A stretch of DNA of 63,752 nucleotides, the filler included, from Hyphochytrium catenoides (lineage: Eukaryota; Protista; Hyphochytriomycota), in the NCBI GenBank assembly GCA_900088475.1. It is 11 parts of 11 records of this genome, joined end to end, with 100 filler letters (N's around TTAATTAATTAA, not from the genome) between each part and the next. Parts side by side here need not be neighbours in the genome. Positions count along the whole stretch, not along the records: positions 43,300 to 59,922 come from FLMG01001055.1; positions 60,023 to 63,752 come from FLMG01000624.1; 9 more parts are not named here. One strand, 5' to 3'. Positions 52,311-63,752 of this stretch are shown in pieces. Positions within the stretch are counted from its first letter, which is position 1. The number at the start of each line of letters is the position of its first letter. The notes beneath the pieces are model-generated. The model was not told the DNA's origin. It did not search any database and saw only the letters and a program-made list of their open reading frames with translations. Both the position numbers and the translations under genes were made by a program.

Positions 52311-54285
52311 TCAATGTGGGACATCGCTCACGGCCGTTGGCGATGAATCCGTACTTTGAGCCTGCGAAGAAGGGAAACAGGACAAGATTAGCTACTAGAA
52401 GCAGCACGGAAAGACTGAAAGAAGAAGGGAAGATGGCTTTCGGCACGCAACATAAACTATAGTAGGGAGGGCTCGCATACAAGCTCTTCTACTGTTCATA
52501 CCTTGTCAGAGTCAACTGCCGGAAAGGTTTTAATGTAGTGTCTCCAAACGTGATGGTAACAAGGGTTAACCTCTTCCTCGCAGTAGCCGGTGAGAGCAGT
52601 AAGCTCGGGACGCCAATGCGGGCTACACATGCGGGCAATAAAATTTAGGAGTCGTGAGAGTGAGACAGCAATGGGAAGCATCCAATTAAGCATAGATTGA
52701 GGGACCTAGCGGCTGCAATATCTCAGAGAAAATAGGTCAGACAGAGAGAGTAGCTTTTGAGACAGCAAGGCAAGAATCATCACCATTTTGTACACAGACA
52801 ACCACTGTTAGATGGAGAGACGCCCAGGAAAGAGAAGCATAGAAAGATGCCGTCTTCCTCGTCCAACCTTATGTGAAGAGCCTTCCGACATGCCTTGAGA
52901 ATAGCAGAAGCAAGAAGAGAGGGAGAGTATTGCTGAAAGTCATAGTCCTGCAAGGCTAACTCGGCAAAGAAGTGGGCGTACTTCCACATGTACTTGGGCA
53001 CAGTATCCTGCATGGCTCGCCCTATCATGAGGTCATCTGTGTATAGTGAACCCTAACACATGATGAAGGTTAAGAGGGCGACCGTCTCTTCTCAGGAAAA
53101 GACGAACAGCCATCTCGCACTCAAGATTCCTTGTATATACAATTACTGTGGGCAAGACGGTATGCTGGCACAGAGTTATCAAGCTTACCTTGCTGATGAA
53201 ATATTCGAGAAAGTGGAGCGGTGTAATTGCAGTTAGTTCCCAGTCCAGCTTGAGGAGAATTTCTGTCTCCATTTGGCATATCATCTGACGGCTGTACTCG
53301 CGCTGAGAGTACTCATTCAGGTCAGCTACAGATGGCACAGCCTCCTCCGCTTCTTCCATCTTGGCTGGAGCATTGGAGAAGCAGACCGGCGATGGAGAGG
53401 GGAGAAGAGTTTAGGGGATAGCAAGACAGGGTTTTGCGCGGTAACCTCACCTGCAATCAACAAGCAACTGACAGCAACGAGCTGCAAGTGCTGCTTGGGA
53501 ACAGGTACACTCTACAGCCGCAAGCGGTAAATTAAGGAAGAGATGTCTCTAGAGAAGCATCGTAAGTACTACCTGCAAGATGCGGTCGAGATAGAGGATG
53601 GCCACGTGGTTGGTGGTGCTATGGAGCTGCAGCTCATCTCCGACCTCACACATCCAATCAACCAGAAGCCGTCGATACTGCGGAAGGGCAAGGTAGGGGT
53701 CATTAGGAAGCGTGGAGCTGACTGGAACGTACTCAAGCAGAAATCTTGGCAAACACAGAGACAGCACAAAGGCTGTAACTCGCAAAGAACGATGTGAAAT
53801 GAACAGAGAGGAGAGACAGTGCCAAAAGCAGTGGCTCTAGCTTGTAAATCTGGGCCCAGGATTGAGCGTATACCTTGATATATTTCGCTTGAGGTCTGAA
53901 GTGGAGAAAGCGGGCCTCTTTCTGTTTGAGCGTACGATAGCACTGCCGCGTGTCAAAGCCCATGATCTCGTCTACGTCCTGCTGTAGGTGAGGATAGACC
54001 CGATCAGTTGGTGAGCTCGGTATAAGAAGAGATCGTCATCATAGAGGGACGCGGGGAGACGCCGGACTACGGAGCTAGATATGCATGGATGCGAGAGAGA
54101 AAGAGAAGCGTAAACCGACGAGCCGGAGGATTGGATGAGGTACTGACTGTCAGTCCGAATGGAGTAGCTAGCGCGGGGTCGCTCTCAGCCTTCTTCTCAT
54201 GATTGTACACTTTCGCGTCCTTTGCGAAAGAGTCGCAGTCCACATCGAAAGACATGTCGACGGGCTCACAGGACTGGTCCTGCAT
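52311..54285 (-). CDS. Cyclin, most similar to the cyclin J family, multi-exon
   Basis: Cyclin box YRRLLVDWMCEV..VAILYLDR, HLQLVAVSCLLIAAKMEE and METEILLKLDWELTAITPLHF. KYMWKYAHFFAELALQDYDF..SPHWRPELTALTGY resembles CCNJ. Probable last exon 52361-52311; the alternative is a stop at 52496. Confidence 0.9.
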
Positions 54286-55550
54286 GGCTAATAGTGGCTA
54301 CGTCGCGAGGCTGAAGAAGGGCTGAGGAGATAAGCACCCTCACCGCCTAGCTCTTTTCCCCGTTGCCTCTTCACAGAGCGGGTGTCATTCAGGTCTGTTT
54401 GCCTTGACTTGAGTGCGGAGACTTCAATCTAACGGCGCGCAGGGCGAAGCGAGGCTCTGCGCCGCGATGTCGGGCGCCAGAAGAGAAAGAGGAAAGGACA
54501 GCGTGACGAGGAGAATAGAAAGTGAGAGCGGAGGATGAAGCTTGGACAGACGCCAGATCGGCTTTGTTCGCGACGCGCTCTCTCTCTCTCTCTCTCTCTG
54601 TCTACCTTTCTCCTATTTGTCTGTCTGCTTTATAGCCCTCAATCTTCCCTTGCTCATATCTCTCTTCTTCAATCTGTCTCTTAACTTTTCTCTACTTCTG
54701 TCATTTATAAGTGGAAGCTCTTTCCTCTCTCTCTCTCTCTCTCTCTCCCATCTCTCTCTCTCTCTCTCTCTCTGTCTCCGTCTGGGCTATGGACTGTTCT
54801 CCCTCATAAATTGCTGTTGAAAAGAGTTCCGAATTCGAATTTCAGATTCGAGCGGCAGCGCGGAGACAGAGTTCAATTGCATGACAAGGAATATTCCCTA
54901 ACGGCCGGTTTGGTTTTTGAGGGGGAGACACATCAGTCCATTCCCATCGCTTGTTCAAAAGTAACCCATTAATTTGGCTCTTTTACTTTTGAATAGATGG
55001 AGTGATTCTGAGAAATCAGAACTATGATTATCGATCCTTACGTTTCAAGCTTCACTGCCATCAAGACATTGGAAGAAAGAAGCACTGGGAACTGCCGCGC
55101 CTTGTGATTTCACTACTATGAGGATGATCATCGTTGCAATCATATGAGCAGCTATGTGACGGCGATAGGCCAGTTCGACGACGCCTCAGGATGTGCCTGG
55201 TGATTAAAGTCAATCCTTCTGCCTGTGTGTAGGTGTTACACGCGACGGACAGCCTAAGAAGCGAGCTGCATTATCTAACCTACTATCGGGGTGCAAGAAT
55301 ACTACTAAAATAGTACTGCGAGATTGTAGCGAAAGGCAAGGTCCTCGGCAAGAAATCCATTAATCGACTCTGACCTCTAAGTCTAAGTAAGGAGGAGGAT
55401 TGGAGCAGGCAGGGTGCTGACTCAACGTCCTATATAGTTCGATTTAACAGAGCATTTAACGTGCCTGCTGCCCCTCTACTACTAGCTACCAAGTCACATT
55501 TTCTTAAGACAAAGGAAGCGAATTATCAATGCACCGCTTCATCCCCTAAC

Positions 55551-57110
55551 CTAGAATCCGAAGAAGGAGGTAACAGGACTATCTCCCTGCTCCTTCGCAA
55601 ACGTCTCAAAGTATTGGTAGATGATGGTCACAGCCAGCAAGATACCTGTACCAGAGCCGATGGCACCAAGGAAGTCAGCCAAGATGGTAAGTGCACCGAT
55701 GCACATGCCACCGAAAGCAGCAGCGGTCGGGATGTAACGGTTAAGTACGTGGACAATTGAAGAGTCACGGTGGCCCTTCATCGCCATTCCCTGATCACGC
55801 AGCTGCTTGGCCACATCTCTAGCAGAAGAGCCAGAGACCTCAATCCAGGTCTTTGAGAAGAGCGCGCAGGAGCCGAGAATGAATGCAATGTAGAGAACGG
55901 TACGGATTGGATCGTAAACCATCTCAGCCAGGCTGTTAGGGGCAGACATATAGTAAGCAAGACCGCCCACAGGAGCTACCTGGCTTGAACCAGGCTCCAG
56001 TTCATGCCAGACACCAAGCAGACGGACAAGAATGTTCCCAGGGAACTTCTTAAAGAGCAGCTGAGAGATGAAGTACAGGTTAGAGACCAGTGCGGTCTGA
56101 AGGATGATGGGCATGTTTGAGGTGTAGAAGAGCTTGATTGGGTAGGTACCCTGCTGGCCACGGAAGCGCTGATACTTAACAGGGAGATCCACCCGGAAGC
56201 CCTGGAAGTAGATGACTACCAAGAAGATAAGAACCGTAGCCAGAAGGTTCGTCAAGTTTGGAAGGTTTTGGCGGTAGAACGCTTCCTTGAGAGCGCGAAG
56301 CTTGTCCGAGCGGGTAATCAGAAGATGGAAGAGAGCAATAACTGCGCCTTCGAACTCAGTACCTCTGCCAGTGTTGACAGTGGTAGGACTGAACGCCTTC
56401 CAAACTATGTTCTCGCAAATGTTAGTTGCAATGAACAGGGAGATACCAGAGCCAAGACCGTAGCCCTTCTGCAGAAGCTCATCAAGCAAAATGACCACAA
56501 TGCCAGCCAAGAACAGCTGAATAATGATCAGGATGGCGTTGCCAGCACCAATCTCAGAAATATCGCCATACATGCCAGCAAGAACGTATGCCGTGGCTTC
56601 ACCAGCGGTAATGAGAATGCCAAAAAGCTTTTGGGCACCACTGAAGAGAGCGCGGTCCTCCTTCAGGTTGTAGTCCACTTCAATGATTCTGGAGCCTGCC
56701 AGCAGCTGCATGACCAACCCAGAGGTAACGATCGGGGTAATACCAAGCTCCATCAGAGTACCCCTGTTGGAAGCCAGGATAACACGCAGAATATAGAGTG
56801 GATCCGACGCCCTGCTTGACTGGATACCATACAGAGGAATCTGGGACATGACCAGGAAAATGAACAGGGTAACTACCGTCCATAGTGCCTTCTCACGGAA
56901 AGGGACCTGCAACAACACGTTTAAGTATGGCGATCTAGGACTAGAAGAAATATAGAGATTATGGACGTACTCTGCGATCAGGTGCTGCCACTTCAGGCAG
57001 GACGAACATCACCGGCCGGATGAGATGGAGGAAGCGCACCACTACATAAAGAGACCATTCTGAAGTTAGAAGGAGGCATGATCTGCTCAGTAGCTAGTCC
57101 CTCACTTACT
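55551..57110 (-). CDS. SEC61A: Protein translocon subunit Sec61 alpha
   Basis: Exons 57110 (A of ATG), 57041-56971 and 56906-55551. [34 protein letters not shown]...[18 protein letters not shown]...[16 protein letters not shown]...[18 protein letters not shown]. Confidence 0.99.
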
Positions 57111-58198
57111 CTTGACTTAGAGAGAGATGCTCTCAGCGAGCCTCCTACACAGCTACAGCCTCTGAAAGCGGGGTTGACTCTCCTCTTTAGAGGATGATAA
57201 AATGGGGTATCTCTGTCTATTGAGACTCCAGACTGCAGTTGAGAGCGATCTGGGATTACCGACTTCTTGCCTTGACTGCAAGGGAAAGAGAGAGATCGCG
57301 CAGTTCCGAAGCTCAGCCGCCGCCACACGCGGCAGCTCCCCAACCTCTGGTTGGGTGGACTCCTCTNNNNNNNNNNNNNNNNNNNNNNNNNNNNNNNNTG
57401 AGACTTCCGAGCCAGACATTGGACTTTTGATTTCTCATCACCTAGAAGAGGGGCCAACGGCTATATATCGATGCTTAGATCTCTATTAAAGGTTATTTCC
57501 CAAATAATCACTCAGTAGATTCTTTGTGTCGGTTTTTCTGCATCCTGGGATCCTGGGAAGAGAGAGAGGGAGAGAGAGAGGGGGAGAGAACAAGAGTCGG
57601 GAGAACAAGAGACAGAAAGAGCCCTGAGAAAGAAGGAGAGAGAGAGAGAGGAGAAGGGAAAGATAGAGAGGGAAAGAGAGCGAGAGAGAGAGCAGAGAGG
57701 AGTCAGAGATAGAGAGAGACACAGAGAGACAGAGACAGAGAGAGACAGAGACAGAGAGAGACAGAGACAGAGACAGAGAAAGAGAGACAGCGAGAGAGAC
57801 AGAGACAGAGATGAGACAGAGACAAAAGACAGAGAGAGAGAGAGTGACAGAGAGAGAGAGAGAGAGAGAGAGAGTGAGCCTGAAATAGAGAGAGAGAGTC
57901 AATCAAAGAACTTTCGTGGTTTAAGCGTTCGACCTTGGACCGCCGCCTCTACAGAGCTTCACCATCGTCAAAGGACTGGTCCTCCTATTGCGGCAATCCG
58001 AAGAAGAAAGGCTCCTCATAGAGCTGGGCGGCCTTCACGTACCGTGAAGGGGAGCTGGTCCTCAATGCTGGCGGCGTAGTGGCGGTGAATGTGAACGGAC
58101 TTGCATGGCATCTTTATTATCATAGCCGTGTCTTGACTCCGTAGACGGCGGCCCGGGCTTCCGCTGAAAGCAAAATCTTTCTTCTCTGCTATAACAAA

Positions 58199-58789
58199 AT
58201 GCAGGATCAAACTTCTCAGGAGCAGTCGATGCTTCCCATCAACCGCAAGCGGAAGAACAGTCTCGCCCTACCCGATGGCATGGACTCTGAACTCGCCCAT
58301 GCTCTGGCAAGAGAGTCCTTCTTTGACGATGGCGACCAACAGGATGTCTTAGCGCGGTCAAGGGGACATATCGCGACTTCTTTCACGTCCTCTTCGACCA
58401 GGAATAGAGATGGCGCCGTGCACAAACGGAGCAGGTTCCAGTATGATGACCCAGTTCATTCCCAACGAAGTTTCACATCATCAGCGGAGATACTCCCCCA
58501 CTGCCACCATGTTAAGGTGGCTGGTGGTGGAAGACAAGAACCAGCCGCCCTGCCTCTCTCCGTCTCGCTGAGGCTACGCCTGATTCTTGGGAGGAATAGA
58601 CTCCGATCTGGCGAGCTTGACCAGCGCTGCCTCGCATTGTTGCGGGTGATGCCTGAGCGCCTACAACATGTGGTGCTTGACAAGCTCGAGGTCGCCGATC
58701 TTCTCTCTTTTAGGAATCGCTCAGGATACATCTTTGGAGTCATTCAAGATGTCCGAGCAAAACATGTGATTCTTCCTCCTCCAGCCTAG
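58199..58789 (+). CDS. Small protein with a C-terminal hnRNP Q/SYNCRIP acidic-domain (AcD)-like helical bundle
   Basis: ELDQRCLALLRVMPERLQHVVLDKLEVADLLSFRNRSGYIFGVI matches the LDERAI.AL......A..VL..F...DL..V.NKSAFL.GVM pattern. N-terminal RKRK is a candidate NLS. Confidence 0.65.
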   Translation: MQDQTSQEQSMLPINRKRKNSLALPDGMDSELAHALARESFFDDGDQQDVLARSRGHIATSFTSSSTRNRDGAVHKRSRFQYDDPVHSQRSFTSSAEILPHCHHVKVAGGGRQEPAALPLSVSLRLRLILGRNRLRSGELDQRCLALLRVMPERLQHVVLDKLEVADLLSFRNRSGYIFGVIQDVRAKHVILPPPA

Positions 58790-60137
58790 TCTCTCCTATT
58801 GGGTAGGAGGGCTTTCGTCGGTTAAACAGATATATTCTTGCTTCCGACTGGTCGAAACAAGTGAAGGGGAGAAAAGCCTTATTCGAGTTTTGCTTATATG
58901 TGGATGAGGAACTAGAATGGAACTTTAGGGCCACAGGGTTGGCACAATCTCTAACCTCCTGAGCTGTAGAAAGCCAGGTCCTCCAGCCCGTTTCCGTTCT
59001 TGGCCTTGACTCTATTCCTTACCTACCTCCAGGCCGAGGGTTGTGGAGCGACAATTCCTTTGTCTTATGACTTTGCCGTGGTTGGGTACCTCTCATCCAT
59101 GTCCTGGACCTGAGCCATTGCTCTATCGTGAGAGCAGGGAAGTCTCGCCTATGTTATACCCAGCGTAGGTAGGAGAGAGTGAGGATTTCTCTGAAGTAAA
59201 CTGAAGGTCAGATCTCAAACAATTGCCGGAGACATATGTCGACTAGAAACCATGAAGACGAAGTCAAGCGGTGGAGGCGGATACTGCTATAAAAAGTCTG
59301 TCTTCCAACCACTGTTTGTCTTAAGTCAAGACAGCCTTAGCCATTCTGTGTGCCAAGGTCAGAGAGATAAAGATGGCTTCTGCATGGTACGTCTAACCAT
59401 CGGACAAGAAGAAGGAACTCTCATGGCTCACACCAGGCATGGATGCACTACTGGATGCTTTGCGATATATTTATTATAATAGAAAGGTCAGGAGCGTCAG
59501 CGGAAGCTCTATGGTTCTTGGGGACGCCCGCCTACTCTTCTCTCATTGGTTCTTCTTTAGTTCTTGACCACTCTTCTCCTTTCCTTGCCTTGACCGCTCA
59601 GCACTGTGCGCCTGGTCTCACCCTCATCCCGCCAGCCTCGCCAGGATAGAGGTCCAATAGCACTAAAAATCTATAACTTCTGTGTTGCGAACCAGCATTC
59701 CAATATCGCGCCTGATTGCAGAATCTCTTGCGTATCATAAGGAATATAGGCACTGTGAGCCGTTAGCCGCTCCTAGGGTCGTTACAATCGCACTCATTTC
59801 CCTCTCTTCCAACATTCCCAAGCTGCTTGGGTCTTTAGTGAAAACGAACTGTACGGCTTTTCTCTCTTCATCGAGTCCCATTCTTTCTCCTTTTCTTTCT
59901 CTCTCTCTCCCTCCCTCTCTCTNNNNNNNNNNNNNNNNNNNNNNNNNNNNNNNNNNNNNNNNNNNNTTAATTAATTAANNNNNNNNNNNNNNNNNNNNNN
60001 NNNNNNNNNNNNNNNNNNNNNNAGAGAGAGAGAGAGAAAGAAGGAGAGAAGGAGAGAAGAGAGAGAGGAGAAGAGAAGAGAGACAGCCAGAGAGCCAGTA
60101 GTTGGAGAGAGGAGACAGGGGGAAGGAGATGGCTTAC

Positions 60138-60503
60138 CGTCAGCCAGTCCGCCACTGCCTTCTCTATAACTTTCGTCAGGAGGCCGAAGTCCATCCCATC
60201 TCCCGCACCTCTCAGGGCGCCGCTGCCGCCTGCAGCGCAGGTGCACTCTATCAGATTAGGGCAGGAAGGGCAGCGTAAGAGAGACCAGGAGAAGAGGGGA
60301 GCTCTGAGAGAGAGAAAGAGAGACTTGAAGAGGAGAGAAGAAAGTCAATTTCCTCTCTCTCATCTCCTCCCGCGCGCTTTCCCTCTCGTCGTCACTTGTC
60401 GTTTCCCCTTCTCTCTTTCCTCTCTCACACACGCTCGTTCTCCTCTAACCGTGCCCTTCTCTCTCTCGCGCTCTCTCTCTCTCTCTCTCTCTCTCTTCTC
60501 ACA

Positions 60504-60540
<37 letters not shown>

Positions 60541-60761
60541 GCTCCTCTACCCGCTACTGCTTCTGATGGATAAAGGAAAATTGAAAGGCCGTTACCCGCC
60601 CACTAACCGATCAGAAACAGCGCTGGGACAGCTAGGACGAGTGCCCCGGAAAGGAGGAAACAGAGAGGCGGAGGCCGAGCAGGAGGAGCAGCAGCAGGAG
60701 GACGGAGACGCTGCAGGCGCGACAGAGCAGGACCAGCAGCCGCGCGGCCACCAGCTTTCAT
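60138..60761 (-). CDS. Possible 5' exons of an unknown gene with an N-terminal hydrophobic segment; truncated
   Basis: MKAGGR...LCFLLSGALVLAVPALFLI, donor G|GTTAGT, then a phase-compatible exon ECTCAAGG...MDFGLLTKVIEKAVADWLT|GTAAG. Confidence 0.35.
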
Positions 60762-61528
60762 CGTCTGCTATCAGTCTCACACTAGAAACTAGGTCTGGCA
60801 CTGGGCGGGCCTGCGTGCCAGCAGAGCCTAGCATCCTCTGAGTAAAAGGCCAGTCACTCTGGTCGTCCACCTTCGCTCCTCGTGTGCCAGATAACACGCG
60901 TGGACGTCAGCCACCATCGGAAGGTAGGTGGAAGGCGGCGGCCTGCGATGGTTGGGCCTATACATCTCCCATTATAATCTATAGACCTTGCTTCTTGTCT
61001 CTCGTGACGGCAAGAGAGCTCTCACCTTTTCAGCTGCTTGACTGTCGCAGCCGCTAGCACCTTCTTCTTCTTCTTAGCTCTCGAAGAAGAAGGAGGCTGG
61101 TCTTCGTAGAGGCTGAGGCTGCCGACCCATGGCAAAGGCTAAGAAGGTGCTGCTACTGTCTCACTACTCCTCTGAGATGATGTTGGGAGCTATTGGAGAA
61201 AAGAAGCTCTCCGCTTGGCATCCGCTCCCGACGACGCTAGTATTGCTGCTCAGCACGAAGTTCAAAGGAGGAAGACAACGTCTAACTTCCAGTCTCTGTT
61301 CCTTCTATTCATATTATTCTCACGTCTCTTAGAAGAAGTAACCTCTTGACGACGAGGTGCTTGACGTTTGTCACAGCGCCGTCCTTATGATGCCAACGTC
61401 TCATTTCTCTTGCTTCTTCTTCTGCTGCTGCTGCTGGTTCTCGAATAGTAGATAGATCGATAGAGGTTCTTTGATGCCTAGACGCTGCCTCATGGCCTTG
61501 CCTGCCACCCGTGCTCTTATAATACTTC

Positions 61529-62854
61529 TCACTTGTCGCCGGCCACCAGACGTCCTTTAGCATGAGCAGAAGAAGAAGAATGACTAGCAATCTCCATAAT
61601 GCGCATTCTACTCCTGATGATAACACAGTCCTCGGGATGCCTCAGCGCCAAGTAGGTCGTCCTCAGAATGAGAACCATCATCGTGAAGCCGCGGTTGAGG
61701 CAAAACTCTACCACTGACATGCTCAGCGGTGCCCATTTGTCCCGTTCTTCTTCCTCCTTCTGCTCCTCTGGCTTGGCGCGGTCATCTGAGAGCAGAGCGT
61801 GGGCAATGTCAAAGCGGTACTTACACATCTGGGGCGGGACTCTGAAGTAGAGAAGCGCTAGAATGACCGCGAAGAAGAGGCACCAGACGACATAAGTTCC
61901 TCTCATGCCCTTCCGCGTACCGCTACCCATGGTGTCATAACCAAGGAACGTTATCCCGATAGAGGAGAAAGCCAAGAAGCCAAAGAGTATCCCAGAGAAC
62001 GTGCCACAAAGGACGAGGGAAAGAGAGATCCCAAAGAGAAAGAGCTCGAAGAGAAAGACACATCCCTCGAAGGTCGTCAGAGAGCAGATCAAGAGGGAGA
62101 GGTTGGAAATAGAAGCGTGACGGAGAAAGAACCAGAGCAGAGCAACGAGACAGCCAGCCATTATCATCGCGTTCTGAGTCTCTGTGAGGCCCAAAGAGAG
62201 GAGACCGATGCAGGATGAGATGACATAGAGGAAGCAGATCCAGCCAGATACTTTCCAGAGCGTTTTCCTTCGCCACCACCAGTCGAAGAACCGTCTTCCC
62301 AGCAGCCATTCCATGACTGTTAAGCTGCTTTCTAACTCTGTGAACTCTGTGTAGGGCTTGACGGCCACCATCACTCTCTTTCTCTTCTCTTCTTCTTCTT
62401 TGCTGCAAGAAGACACTCCATCTTCTTGGTGTCCGCCACCAGCAGGTCCGTCCTTTCCATAACTCCTTTCTCTCTCTTCGGTCACCGTCGTGGTTGTGGC
62501 AGAATGATGGTGAGAGGTGGACGTTGCCCACTTTTGCTGCTGCTGCTTATTCTTTAAAGGAGCGACAGAGGTTGATGACGTCGCTCCGGCCCACAAGAGA
62601 AGCGATGGTCCTGCTGTTACTTGCCCCAAGATCTTACTTCCCAGTGACTTTGTTTTCCCGTCCACGACAGGAGAAACTGAAGAAAGAGTCGAGGAGAAGC
62701 ACTTGCTGCGTCCCAGACGCAGTGCCTTCTCAACCTCTGTGTGCACTTCGATCAGACATCTCATGGCAATGTCGTCGAGACGCGGTTGACCTTGAAGATG
62801 TCTAATCAGAGGCTGGCAAAGGCGCAAGGTCGTGCTGTCAAAGCTATCTGCCAT
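61529..62854 (-). CDS. Intronless multi-pass membrane protein of unknown function (441 aa)
   Basis: Long non-microsatellite ORF with about 5-6 hydrophobic segments in the C-terminal half. Confidence 0.75.
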   Translation of the reverse strand: MADSFDSTTLRLCQPLIRHLQGQPRLDDIAMRCLIEVHTEVEKALRLGRSKCFSSTLSSVSPVVDGKTKSLGSKILGQVTAGPSLLLWAGATSSTSVAPLKNKQQQQKWATSTSHHHSATTTTVTEERERSYGKDGPAGGGHQEDGVSSCSKEEEEKRKRVMVAVKPYTEFTELESSLTVMEWLLGRRFFDWWWRRKTLWKVSGWICFLYVISSCIGLLSLGLTETQNAMIMAGCLVALLWFFLRHASISNLSLLICSLTTFEGCVFLFELFLFGISLSLVLCGTFSGILFGFLAFSSIGITFLGYDTMGSGTRKGMRGTYVVWCLFFAVILALLYFRVPPQMCKYRFDIAHALLSDDRAKPEEQKEEEERDKWAPLSMSVVEFCLNRGFTMMVLILRTTYLALRHPEDCVIIRSRMRIMEIASHSSSSAHAKGRLVAGDK

Positions 62855-62966
62855 CTTGAATTCACCCTTGTTCGTCTGGTTCTTTGTTATCAGAGTCTGG
62901 CGGGTGGAGGATTGACTTATGGATCGATGATGGTAGCTAATAAGACGTAGGGAAGTGGAAGAAGAG

Positions 62967-63054
62967 CCTTAAGGAGGGCTGAGGATAGCAGAAGAAAGCG
63001 GATTGAAGGCCCTTAAGGAGGGCTGAGGATAGCAGAAGAAAGGGGATTGAAGGC
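62967..63054. repeat. Tandem duplication, 2 x 44 bp, upstream of the 441-aa gene
   Basis: ccttaaggagggctgaggatagcagaagaaag(c/g)ggattgaaggc occurs twice. Confidence 0.9.
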
Positions 63055-63752
63055 GTTTAGAGGAGAAGAAGACTGGACGAGTGATTGTGGACAAGCTCAT
63101 CATGCTCTAGCGATAATGGAAGCGTTAACCCAGGTTGCGTCAAGTTGTGGCTGCGGCGCCGGCGGGGAGGCCTCGTGGGCAAGCCACCGTCACAACGACT
63201 TCCTAGTATTAAGACTTCTTGCCTTTTCCCTTTAGAATGCAGGTCGTTGCTCTTCAGAGGTGAGGCAAAACAGGGACCCGCTGCCTTGACTCTTGTCACA
63301 CTCTGAATAAGAGAGCTCCTGCATATGATGCACTAGGCATCAGTGAACTAACCCTTCTTGCAGGCAGGGTACAGCTTTCTGCGGGGAACGTGCCTGCAAA
63401 CTATTGCTGTCAATAGCTATTATTAGGGGAAGAGACTTCTTTCAAAAAAAAAAAAGACTCAGTCACAAATGCCCCTGCTCCTATTCCCTGTGTCTCTTCT
63501 TCTCTTGCACCTCCACCTTCGACAAGGATATTCTTCCTTCACTGGTGACATCTACATGCTCCAGGGGCTTATCATAGTCCATCGGCTTACAGAGCCTTCT
63601 TCTTCTTCATCCTGCTGTTTGAGCCACCTCACCCTTCTTTCCTCTTTCTCTTTGTTCGTCCTGTTTTATATTTGGTCTGTGCCCTGAACAGCTCTATGGC
63701 TTGTTGCCACCATGATCTCAATCATTCAGGTCGCCTTGTCGTCCAGCCTTGA

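Noticed and set aside
56268-56819. 183-aa plus-strand ORF
   Set aside because: It is an antisense shadow of Sec61-alpha.
52311-57110. Cyclin and Sec61-alpha as members of the thiamine cluster
   Set aside because: They are housekeeping genes with no functional link; they simply mark the cluster edge.

Overview
Eukaryotic genomic DNA, rich in introns and extremely rich in (GA)n/(CT)n microsatellites. It is probably from a stramenopile, inferred from the Sec61-alpha N-terminus and a MIT-domain chitin synthase. The window is about 11 separate contigs joined by artificial N-TTAATTAATTAA-N linkers, so adjacency across linkers is meaningless, and most ORF-track entries are microsatellite artefacts. 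The main result is a compact thiamine-biosynthesis gene cluster at about 43.7-51.8 kb. It holds a degenerate ThiE/TenI-like gene, a Cys-type THI4 thiazole synthase, and a divergently transcribed, stand-alone, E. coli-type ThiE with spliceosomal introns. THI4 has a TPP riboswitch in its 5'-UTR intron, and the aptamer core is complementary (11/13 bp) to an alternative 3' splice site whose use would add a uORF. Other recognisable content: Sec61-alpha with an intron-split start codon, a cyclin J-like gene, the 5' ends of a MIT-chitin synthase and a thioredoxin reductase, DOCK and AVT3/4-like fragments, a decayed Copia integrase interrupted by a solo LTR, and an unrecognised 12-exon two-TM protein with duplicated exon modules and an RRSARL motif. 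All exon boundaries were traced by eye; no database search was run.
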